DNA of 64,000 nucleotides, counting the filler, from Candidatus Babelota bacterium (GTDB lineage: Bacteria > JAGOBX01), in assembly GCA_017999075.1 (NCBI GenBank). It is 13 parts of 13 records of this genome, joined end to end, with 100 filler letters (N's around TTAATTAATTAA, not from the genome) between each part and the next. Parts side by side here need not be neighbours in the genome. Positions count along the whole stretch, not along the records: positions 33,515 to 44,835 come from JAGOBX010000069.1; positions 44,936 to 47,462 come from JAGOBX010000590.1; positions 47,563 to 50,086 come from JAGOBX010000591.1; 10 more parts are not named here. One strand, given 5' to 3'. A program made the position numbers and the translations under genes. The notes beneath the pieces were generated by a model, which saw only the letters and a program-made list of their open reading frames with translations, did not search any database and was not told the DNA's origin. The number at the start of each line of letters is the position of its first letter. The stretch's first letter is position 1. This document shows, piece after piece, positions 39,021-47,636 of this stretch.

Positions 39021-40457
39021 TTATTGATAAGTCTTTTCTACAAATCCATTAATTATATTTACTCCAGTTTTGTCGCCAACACTACCTTTTTCAATAAAAT
39101 TAATCGCCATTGATGCTTTTTCTTTGAAAATTTTATTTATTGCGACAATATGGTTGTTCAATAATTTTGTTTTTAATTTTTCTGTGTCAAATTTTTTTGA
39201 ATTTATATGCGCGGGAAGGATTTTGTTAAAAACATTATTCAATATTTTGAATTTATCGTTTTTAGTATTGCTTTGATGTTTGCAAATTATTTCTAATAAT
39301 TTTAATCTAATTTCCTGAACCGTTTTAGTTCGCCCTAAATCAGCAATTTTTAAATGTTTTTTATTAATAAGCCAAAATTTAAATATGTCTTTTTTTTCAC
39401 TAATTAAGTCGTGACTATAATGTAACGCTATATTATAATTGTTATATTCTGCCGTTGTGGTTAAAGTAATATTTTCATTTTTTTGTTCTGTGTTTATATT
39501 TTCAATTTTTAATAAATCAGGATTTTTTCCAATAATTTCAACAATTTTATCGTGCGTAGTCTCAATTATTTTTCCGTTTTTGATATTGATTATATTTTTG
39601 TCTATTGATATCGCTTCAGCAATTATGATACGAGACATATCATTATAATTTAGACATAACGCGGATGTCTGATTGGTTTGCATTGCAAGACAGTAAATAT
39701 TATCTAATACTTTTAATTTCAAAAACAAATGCAATTTATCCGAAACTTTTTTATCAAAATTTCTATCAAAAATTTTGGAAACATCCGGGTTGGTAATTAA
39801 AGAATTTTCAACTAAGTCAAAAACTAATTTATGTAATTCTTGTTTCTGATATTCTTTTAGAGTATTCAAATTTTCCGGAAAAAAATAATTTAATATCGGT
39901 CGAACTTGAATTTCATTAATATTATCGTTTTCAGTCTGGTTTTCATTTGTATCAATACATTCAATAGATTTTTCTTTAATTTTATTTTTATTAGCAAAAT
40001 ATTCAATCATTGCTTTTAATACCTTTTTTCCGGTTTCAATTGGACCGGATATCGTTACCGGTTCTGAATTTAAAGCGGTAAGATAAACTTTGTAATAGAC
40101 ATTTTGGGAATATTCATAATTATCAATATAAACCAGTTTATTGTTTTGGCAGTATGTTTGTATTTCTTTAAGTATTTTTTCTTCGTTTATATTATAGATT
40201 TTTTTTATTCCCAAGCATTCACAAATGGCGTTTATTTCTTGAACTGTTAATGCAATATTATTTTGAAAAAAATTATTAAGACGTTTAACCGATAAATATT
40301 TCAGATTTTCATTTCTTTGTTTTAATGATTTGATTAATTCTCTAATATCCTTTAGTTTTTTTTGAGAAATAAAATTGTCGATAGCGGCACTGATTTCATT
40401 TATTTTTTTTGTGGATATATTGGTTAAATCCGATGTTTGAAATAAAATTTCCTTCAT
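39021..40457 (-). CDS. hypothetical protein with XRE-like HTH and degenerate P-loop
   Basis: LSVKRLNNFF...EINAICECLGI (HTH-like), then ALNSEPVTISGPIETGKKVL. Confidence 0.55.
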   Translation of the reverse strand: MKEILFQTSDLTNISTKKINEISAAIDNFISQKKLKDIRELIKSLKQRNENLKYLSVKRLNNFFQNNIALTVQEINAICECLGIKKIYNINEEKILKEIQTYCQNNKLVYIDNYEYSQNVYYKVYLTALNSEPVTISGPIETGKKVLKAMIEYFANKNKIKEKSIECIDTNENQTENDNINEIQVRPILNYFFPENLNTLKEYQKQELHKLVFDLVENSLITNPDVSKIFDRNFDKKVSDKLHLFLKLKVLDNIYCLAMQTNQTSALCLNYNDMSRIIIAEAISIDKNIINIKNGKIIETTHDKIVEIIGKNPDLLKIENINTEQKNENITLTTTAEYNNYNIALHYSHDLISEKKDIFKFWLINKKHLKIADLGRTKTVQEIRLKLLEIICKHQSNTKNDKFKILNNVFNKILPAHINSKKFDTEKLKTKLLNNHIVAINKIFKEKASMAINFIEKGSVGDKTGVNIINGFVEKTYQ

Positions 40458-40472
40458 GTCAAATTCCTTTAT

Positions 40473-41426
40473 CTAAATTTGAAGATAATTTTTTGTAATT
40501 GAAGCAGGTATTTTTAAACCTAATAATTTATATAGTCTTTCAATTAATTCGTATTGTTGATTTTCAAATAAAATTTTAAACATATATTCTTTTAATTTTT
40601 TTTTCAATACATGAATCTTTTCTGACTGAAATAAACATTGTTGACTGTTCATTGTTAAATAATTAATGTACAAATATAAAGCACAAAATTTTTTACAGAT
40701 TGTTATTTTTATAATATTTTCGAATAAATTTAAATCGCTTTTGTCAATTATTGATTTTAAAAAAATTTGACTGCTGTTGCTCGCTATTCTATTTTCTAAT
40801 TCTATCAAAAAATCAAATACATATTCACTGTTTTTATTTTCGATTGATAAATATAATGAATTATCAAAGATAGAAGAACAATTTGTAATACTAATTTTTT
40901 CTTTATCTATCATTATTTTTTTTGTTTCGTCTTTAATAAAAGTAATTGCCGTAATATTTTTTTTATCTTTAATTAGCTTGATATTTGTGTTAAACTTATC
41001 AATTTTAAATCCGTCCAACTGCAAAATTATTGAGCCTGAATTTGCATCTTCAAAATTCAATTTTTTCTTAACTTTTGATTTTTTGATTTTTTTAGTTTTC
41101 TGGTTACAGCAAATATAAAATATATTTTTCTTTTTTTCTGTGAATTTTTCGGAGGTCTTTTTATAACAGGTTTGGGCAATTAATATTTTATCATATTTGG
41201 GAGTAAAAAGAAAATCGTAGCAATCGTGTGTTAATATTGATAATTTTTTTATTGATTGCTCTTTCAATTTTTTAGAAAAGCATTTATAGATTAGATTTTT
41301 ATACTTTGCAAATAATTGTAAATGATTGGGTTTAAAATCAAAAAAATTATTACTGTCTTTTAAAATATTAGTTTTCAGATTTTTAAGAATGTATTTTTTT
41401 TCTTTCTCAATTTCATTTTCATTCAT
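40473..41426 (-). CDS. hypothetical protein
   Basis: 317-aa K/I/N-rich ORF, 15 nt from the next co-directional gene. Confidence 0.6.
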   Translation of the reverse strand: MNENEIEKEKKYILKNLKTNILKDSNNFFDFKPNHLQLFAKYKNLIYKCFSKKLKEQSIKKLSILTHDCYDFLFTPKYDKILIAQTCYKKTSEKFTEKKKNIFYICCNQKTKKIKKSKVKKKLNFEDANSGSIILQLDGFKIDKFNTNIKLIKDKKNITAITFIKDETKKIMIDKEKISITNCSSIFDNSLYLSIENKNSEYVFDFLIELENRIASNSSQIFLKSIIDKSDLNLFENIIKITICKKFCALYLYINYLTMNSQQCLFQSEKIHVLKKKLKEYMFKILFENQQYELIERLYKLLGLKIPASITKNYLQI

Positions 41427-41750
41427 AATTATAATTATAAAAAAATAAATAAAAAAAACAATAGTGGAAAACCGCGGTTTAAAAACCTTCTTTGAACTAA
41501 AAATTTTTTTATAAATTCACAACTTATTAATTTTTATTTTATCTTATAAGGTTTTGTGTAGTAAAAATGGCGGGATAAAAACATTATAACAATTTGAACA
41601 GGTGTAGCAGTCAAAATAGTATTATTTTGATTATTCTATTTTTTGAAAATGGAATAAAGCGGAATTAAAAATTGTCTATTTTTTTATTTTAAAAGGGATT
41701 GTCTATTTTTACTTGTTGTAATGTTTTTAATGGGTGGGATGATTTTTATT

Positions 41751-42407
41751 TTATCGGGAATATGAAATACCCTCAAAAAAATCAATTTCATTATCAAGCG
41801 GCATACTAAAGTCAAATGACTGTTTTTTATCAATTTTTTTTTCAATATCTGGTGAAATTCGGGTCTGTGCCCGGCCTGCATTTTTGGCCTGATATAAATA
41901 CTCATCCGCCTGTTTTGGTGTTCTACCTATGCCTGCGCTGAAATTAATAGAAAATTCCTTACGGTAACTTATAAAAACAAGATTTGAAATTTCATGCCGT
42001 GCTTTTTCAATTTTGGCATGTAATTCGACTGGGTCTTTTGCGACAAGCATAAATTCTTCGCCGCCGTAACGGATGACGCTCATTTCTGTTGACGCTTTCA
42101 ATTTTTCTGCAAATTTTTGTAGAACAACGTCGCCTGCCTGATGACCGTAAGTATCATTAACCATCTTGAAATGGTCGATATCTAATATTCCAAAAAATGT
42201 TTTTTTGTTTTTAATAATATTTGTCCGGTTTATAATATCGTTAAAATATAATCTATTATACGCATTAGTGAGCGGGTCGGTATAGATTATAGTTATAACA
42301 TTTTTTATTTGTGCCGGGTCAGTTATGCCAATATTATAAAGCCGTTGCGGAATAGAGATATCGTTTTCAATTGTCGTAACTTTATCAATAATAATATTGT
42401 TATTCAT
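41751..42407 (-). CDS. GGDEF diguanylate cyclase
   Basis: TDPLTNAYNR, DIDHFKMVNDTYGHQAGD, RYGGEEF, LYQAKNAGR. Likely start ATG 42407 with GAGG RBS. Confidence 0.9.
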   Translation of the reverse strand: MNNNIIIDKVTTIENDISIPQRLYNIGITDPAQIKNVITIIYTDPLTNAYNRLYFNDIINRTNIIKNKKTFFGILDIDHFKMVNDTYGHQAGDVVLQKFAEKLKASTEMSVIRYGGEEFMLVAKDPVELHAKIEKARHEISNLVFISYRKEFSINFSAGIGRTPKQADEYLYQAKNAGRAQTRISPDIEKKIDKKQSFDFSMPLDNEIDFFEGISYSR

Positions 42408-42555
42408 TGCTTTCAACCTCAAACGGCACGTCAGATTCATTCTGATATTTGATACCAAGAATTTTATCTAACGTGCCTGCGTTTTGAGATAATTTTTCCA
42501 AGTCTAAAAAATCCAAATTTGCAATGAATTTTTCAATGGCAATTTCGTCATTCAT
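42400..42555 (-). CDS. small acidic hypothetical protein (51 aa)
   Basis: MNDEIAIEKFIANLDF...FEVESNE with AGGA RBS; overlaps the GGDEF start. Below the ORF-track cutoff. Confidence 0.55.
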   Translation of the reverse strand: MNDEIAIEKFIANLDFLDLEKLSQNAGTLDKILGIKYQNESDVPFEVESNE

Positions 42556-42578
42556 TGTGTATTTTCCTGTAAAAAATA

Positions 42579-42941
42579 TTATTGAAAAAAATATCCATTG
42601 CCTTTGTTTTCATTATAAAAATGTTTGAGCCCCTCCTGTAGTTGCATCAATAACATTTTATACTTATTGATTGCGTTTGAGTATGTCAGGCATAAGTATT
42701 TATTGTTATAATAATTTACGTTGCTCAGGTTAAGCCAAAATTGCTTGTCGTATTCAAGTGCAGCGTCTTCAGTAGCAAATTCTTTTTCTTCGAGCACATC
42801 CATTTCAAGACCCAAAATAATAAATTTTCGGCCGTCAACCTTGCTATAGAACCTAACAAGGTTTAGATTCATTAGCATCCCGCCGTCTTTTGCTCTGATA
42901 AAAAACGGCTTTTTAGAATCCGGTAATTTGTCATAGTCCAT
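42579..42941 (-). CDS. hypothetical protein
   Basis: 120-aa ORF with a strong AGGAGG RBS. Confidence 0.7.
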   Translation of the reverse strand: MDYDKLPDSKKPFFIRAKDGGMLMNLNLVRFYSKVDGRKFIILGLEMDVLEEKEFATEDAALEYDKQFWLNLSNVNYYNNKYLCLTYSNAINKYKMLLMQLQEGLKHFYNENKGNGYFFQ

Positions 42942-42968
42942 ACTAAAAACCTCCTAAAAAAATATTAA

Positions 42969-43982
42969 TTATCGAGAAATTGACGAACAAAAATCGTCGT
43001 CTTTAACCTTATTTAATTCAAGACTAACGCAATCATTAATATATTGAAACTGATTTGATAATTGCTTTGCTTCGCTAAATAATTGTGATAAATTTGCAGC
43101 ATTGCATTTATTTTGCAATTCAGGAAAAGTCATTGTCAATTTTGGTTTTGAACTGGAGTTCAAAGCAAATAGATTTTCAAATAATTCAATACCTTTAGTA
43201 TCGGTCAATTTATTCATAAGTAATGCCCAGCGTATATCTTTCCATTTTTCTTTTATCTCTTTGATTTTATCGGTCAAATCCTTTGTTTGATAATAACTAT
43301 TCTTATTTACTTTTTTCCATTTTTTCCGGATTAACGGTTTGAATTTATAATTGCTGTTATTGCTTAAAAAATTAGTGAACGGGTTAAAAAATTCGTCAAT
43401 GAATTTTTCTTTCATTTGCATATTGTAGTTCCGGCCGTTCTGGTGATTACGTGCTTTGCTGTTTTTTCTATCGCTGAAATATTGCCCCCAAGAACGCTGT
43501 TTGTAATTATCAAAACTTTGACAGTCATATAGTCCAAAAATTTTCAAATAATCGTTAAAGCCTGTTTTTATATGTTCGAATTGCGCGGGCGATATTTTAT
43601 GAAACCGTCTGTCCTTATCAAAAATATTAACCGGATTTAGCAGAAAATGCGCGTGATATTGCGTGTCAGTTTCGTGTATACAAAAAAGCCCGCAGAAGTC
43701 TGGAAAATACTTTTTTTGATACTGAATGCAGCAAGCAAGAAATTTATTTTTATTCTTAACATTTTCTTTTTTAACGCTGAAAATAAATCTGTAATCTTTG
43801 CGCTTGCTCTTACTATAATTAACAGAAGACATTAGTATTTCTTGCCAGTTTTGTTGAAAATTGGCAGGTTTAAGACCGTTAAACCAATACTGTTTTATGG
43901 CTTTATCGCATATATATTTTTTATGCGCAACTGTCGCTTTTATGTCATGATTTTTCCATTTTGTCGCTTTAATGACGCTCAT
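42969..43982 (-). CDS. HUH relaxase/mobilization protein (MOBP-like)
   Basis: N-terminal Tyr (KKYI), RFIFS, and 3H motif CIHETDTQYHAHFLLNPVN. Confidence 0.8.
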   Translation of the reverse strand: MSVIKATKWKNHDIKATVAHKKYICDKAIKQYWFNGLKPANFQQNWQEILMSSVNYSKSKRKDYRFIFSVKKENVKNKNKFLACCIQYQKKYFPDFCGLFCIHETDTQYHAHFLLNPVNIFDKDRRFHKISPAQFEHIKTGFNDYLKIFGLYDCQSFDNYKQRSWGQYFSDRKNSKARNHQNGRNYNMQMKEKFIDEFFNPFTNFLSNNSNYKFKPLIRKKWKKVNKNSYYQTKDLTDKIKEIKEKWKDIRWALLMNKLTDTKGIELFENLFALNSSSKPKLTMTFPELQNKCNAANLSQLFSEAKQLSNQFQYINDCVSLELNKVKDDDFCSSISR

Positions 43983-44365
43983 AAATTTTTCAAGTCCTTT
44001 TTTATGTTATTCAATTCCAAAATAAATTCATTTATTTTTTCTGCTTGTTCTGTAATTTGTTTATGACATTCCTCTAAATATTTTTTTGTAATTACTTCAT
44101 AAATGCTTTTGATATCAGCATTATTTTCTGACATTTCAAACAAAGTTTTTCTTATCAAATACAAATGATTTTCAACCGCATTCAACTGTTTCAGAATTTC
44201 GTTTATTTGCAACTCCGGTATCGTATTGAAATCATAGATTTTTACATTCTGCATTAAGCGGCTGAACAGGTCGCTTACAGATATATTTAACTTTTCTGCA
44301 AGTTCTTGTGCTTGTTGTTTTGTTTCTGCTGATATAGTCAAACATATATTTTTTTTAGTCGGCAT
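43979..44365 (-). CDS. MobC-like ribbon-helix-helix accessory protein
   Basis: ICLTISAETKQQAQELAEKLNISVSDLF; 4-nt overlap with the relaxase. Confidence 0.65.
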   Translation of the reverse strand: MPTKKNICLTISAETKQQAQELAEKLNISVSDLFSRLMQNVKIYDFNTIPELQINEILKQLNAVENHLYLIRKTLFEMSENNADIKSIYEVITKKYLEECHKQITEQAEKINEFILELNNIKKDLKNL

Positions 44366-44392
44366 ATTTTTTTACTTTCCGTTTTTAAAATT

Positions 44393-44473
44393 GAAAGATT
44401 GAGTATCGGCGCAGTCCGTTAATAATAACCGTCAAACATTGTTGTCGGTGCTCCTTGCACTCTTCAATCTTTC
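44393..44473. other. candidate oriT or structured leader upstream of mobC-relaxase
   Basis: GC-richer island bounded by the perfect inverted repeat GAAAGATTGA/TCAATCTTTC; contains nic-like GTGCTCCTTGC. Confidence 0.45.
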
Positions 44474-44662
44474 TTATTATATTATAAACTATACGGCTTC
44501 ACTAATCAACATTTACAAAGAAAAGTATGTCCAAAAAGTATACAAAATTTACTTGTTTACACTTGTAAAAGTTCAATTTTTATGGTATAATATGTCTATA
44601 AAATAAAGGTTGTTTTTATTGTTTAGTTTATTTACTTTTTGTCTGTCGAGGCGGGTGTGTTT

Positions 44663-44835
44663 ATGGATAATTCAAATAATAATAGCCAGATAAAAATGCA
44701 TACGATTTCATTCAAATGCGATGACTTGCTTAAAGAAAAAATTGACAGTATGTTGAATGCAATTCAAATCAAATTAAAAATGAAAGTTTCGGAAGGTGAA
44801 ATAATACGAAGAATGATACTGGCGTATACTCCTGA
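44663..44835 (+). CDS. small RHH/CopG-like protein, 3' truncated
   Basis: TISFKCDDLLKEKID...SEGEIIRRMI. Upstream TTGTAA-17-TATAAT at 44563-44591. Confidence 0.6.
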
Positions 44836-45131
44836 NNNNNNNNNNNNNNNNNNNNNNNNNNNNNNNNNNNNNNNNNNNNTTAATTAATTAANNNNNNNNN
44901 NNNNNNNNNNNNNNNNNNNNNNNNNNNNNNNNNNNGAGAAGATGTAAAGAAGGGGAAATACCGTTTAGTATGAAACAACAAGAGCATAAAATTGCTGAAA
45001 CTGAAAATTATTACAAAAAAATTGAAACCTAGTGTTTCGCACGGCGGCTTCGCCGTCACTTGCTGCGCTCTCGAGTATAAGACTAAAACACTAAGAGGAT
45101 AGACGACTTTAATAAAAAAGAGAAAATTATT

Positions 45132-45770
45132 ATGAAAAAAACAATTTTTATTTTTTGCTTTGTTTTTGTATTATTATTTCCATTAATTGGAAATACTGAA
45201 ACCAATAACGATAATTCGAATATTTCAATAGATAAAATTAAAATTAAATTATCTGAAAAAGAATTAATTATATATAAGACACAAGTTAATAATATTGTTC
45301 AAGAAGTATTATATGATTTAAAACCAGGCACATTGAAAAATAAAAAATTAAGTGAGGAAGAAATGGCTGAAAATCAAAAAAAATTTATGAAAAATATTTA
45401 TAGTTCAAATACTAATATGTTAAAATATTATACTGAAGTATATGAAAAAATTTATAAACGATTATTTAAAGAAATAAAAGTTAAGGATAAATTTTTTTTA
45501 TCTTGGCATAAGAAATTTATAGATGGATTTAAAGATTCGTTTATGATTTCACAAGATGTATATAAATTATTATTGAAAAATAAAAATTTGAATAACATAT
45601 TAGAAGATAAAGAAATAGGAGAACGTATTTACAAAAATGCCCATTTTCATCATAAATTAAACGAGGAATTTGAAAATATTGTAAATAAGGTTATAAGGGA
45701 TCCAGAAAAAATCAAAATTTTTTTAAGGGATTTTCCACCTTATATGTATATCGAACAAACATGGAAATAA
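45132..45770 (+). CDS. secreted hypothetical protein
   Basis: Signal peptide MKKTIFIFCFVFVLLFPL; very AT-rich. Confidence 0.7.
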   Translation: MKKTIFIFCFVFVLLFPLIGNTETNNDNSNISIDKIKIKLSEKELIIYKTQVNNIVQEVLYDLKPGTLKNKKLSEEEMAENQKKFMKNIYSSNTNMLKYYTEVYEKIYKRLFKEIKVKDKFFLSWHKKFIDGFKDSFMISQDVYKLLLKNKNLNNILEDKEIGERIYKNAHFHHKLNEEFENIVNKVIRDPEKIKIFLRDFPPYMYIEQTWK

Positions 45771-45950
45771 AAAATATATAATTTGTAAAATTTTAATGAA
45801 TAATATTATTGTAAGTCGTCCGTTTCTTAACTTTTAAGGCGTAAACGATGTTGCGTGATAGCAGAAAAGTTGTAGCTTTCCGCAATTGCGTTTTACACCA
45901 AGATGAAAGCAGCCGCGGCTGATAACCCTAATATATTATTAACAAAACGC

Positions 45951-45986
45951 TTGACAATTTGAACAATATGTGTACAATGATGTACA
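45951..45986 (+). promoter_or_regulatory. TA promoter with TGTACA operator repeats
   Basis: TTGACA at 45951 and TACAAT at 45973. TGTACA palindromes at 45971 and 45981 overlap the -10 region. Confidence 0.6.
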
Positions 45987-46008
45987 TAATATTTCAAGGG
46001 AGTTGAAT

Positions 46009-46245
46009 ATGAAAACGGCAACATTTACCGAATTTAGAAATCATGCGGGTGAATATTTTGACATAGTTGAAAAAGGCGAAGAAATACAGATAATAAGAAA
46101 CGGAAAACCGATTGCTGAAATTTATCCATATAAAAAAATACCTTTAAAAATCCCCTCATGGAAAAGGCCTGGATTAAAAATGAAAATTGATGGCGTATCG
46201 TTATCCGATACAATTTTATCTAATCGAAAAATGGCTAAAGTATGA
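46009..46245 (+). CDS. Phd/YefM-family antitoxin
   Basis: MKTATFTEFRNH...DIVEKGEEIQIIRNGKPIAEI; GGGAG RBS. Confidence 0.9.
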   Translation: MKTATFTEFRNHAGEYFDIVEKGEEIQIIRNGKPIAEIYPYKKIPLKIPSWKRPGLKMKIDGVSLSDTILSNRKMAKV

Positions 46246-46655
46246 AATTATTTTTTGATACATCTGCAATAGCCAAAAGATATATATACGAAAAGGGAAG
46301 TGAAGATATTGAAAAATTACTATATGCCGCTGATGAAGTATGCATTAGTATGATAGCAATAAGTGAAATATTTTCAGCATTGAATAGATTAATTAGGGAA
46401 AAGAAAATTTTGAGAGATCAATATAATTCGATAAAAAAAGCTATTTATGTTGATGTTTCAGAATTTTCAATATGCAATATTACACCTGAGATAATTGAAA
46501 GCAGCATTTTTTTTCTCGAAAAAAGTCCATTGAAAGCGATGGATTCTATACAACTTGCTTGCGCATTTAAAATGAATATTGACACTTTTATTTCAAGTGA
46601 TAGAAAACAAATTGAAGCGGCAAAAGATATAGGATTAAATGTTTTAAAAATTTAA
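46242..46655 (+). CDS. vapC: VapC-family PIN-domain toxin
   Basis: FFDTSAIAKRY, SEIFSAL, DSIQLACA, FISSD; overlaps the antitoxin. Confidence 0.88.
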   Translation: MKLFFDTSAIAKRYIYEKGSEDIEKLLYAADEVCISMIAISEIFSALNRLIREKKILRDQYNSIKKAIYVDVSEFSICNITPEIIESSIFFLEKSPLKAMDSIQLACAFKMNIDTFISSDRKQIEAAKDIGLNVLKI

Positions 46656-46720
46656 CCAGTAAATATTTATCAAATATTTTTTAAATCCTTTTCACGCAGT
46701 TTTATTTTCAAAGTCAAAAA

Positions 46721-47462
46721 TTAGTTGTTATTATTTATTATGCTGTTCTTGATACTATCAGAAATTTTATTTTTAAAAACTATATAACATAATGCTCCGA
46801 ATCTTATTTTTTTTAATTCGAAAATGCTGAATTTAGAGGCTATATTATAAGAAAAAATTGATAATATCGGTGATAATAAAAAAAACGAACCTGTTTCAAG
46901 TTTAATCAATGATTGTTTTTTAAGTTTTTCCAGAAATGGAATATTAAATTTTTGAAAATGCTGCTGTTCTAACGATGGCAACAAATTAAATAAATCGACC
47001 GCTTTTTCAACAAGAATCCAAATGCTGCTGTAATTAGGAGTTACGATGAAAATCAGTCCTTCGTTTTTAAGAATTTTCAGGAATTCATCCATCATTTTAT
47101 CGCTTTGAATATTATTCAGATGTTCGATTACATCCTGTGAAACTATTGTATCAAAGATATTTTTTTTAAAAGGCAAATAACACAAATCGCACTGAATGCT
47201 TTTCCCCCCGTTTTTTTTTATAAAAAGGCACGAATAAAAATTTTTATCAATAGAAATAATTTTAAAATCGTTTTTGTTAATATAGAAAAAATTACCTGCT
47301 CCCGAACCTGCATCTAAAACAAAATAAGAATTGTATTTTTTTAAAATTTTTTTTGCGATAAGATTTTTTTCTTTATGCCAGAATTTTTGAATAATATTTC
47401 CTTTATTTAAAGCCTCAAATTGATAAGAACCGCTTATAATTGAAGATATATTATTTTTTTTT
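46721..47462 (-). CDS. class I SAM-dependent methyltransferase, 5' truncated
   Basis: Frame extends upstream through VLDAGSGAG; also LPF...FDTIV..DVIEHL and VTPN. Confidence 0.8.
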
Positions 47463-47636
47463 NNNNNNNNNNNNNNNNNNNNNNNNNNNNNNNNNNNNNN
47501 NNNNNNTTAATTAATTAANNNNNNNNNNNNNNNNNNNNNNNNNNNNNNNNNNNNNNNNNNNNACAAAAATATAAGTGAATATTTTATATTTAAAAAAATT
47601 AAAGTCAAAGTTTTTTTTAATTTTTTTATTTAATTC

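Larger units (their letters stand above)
33515..44835 (-). mobile_element. plasmid- or satellite-like mobilizable element spanning the whole contig
   Basis: Relaxase, MobC-like gene, primase-helicase, PolA, small MGE-type genes and repeat cluster. No housekeeping genes. Confidence 0.75.
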
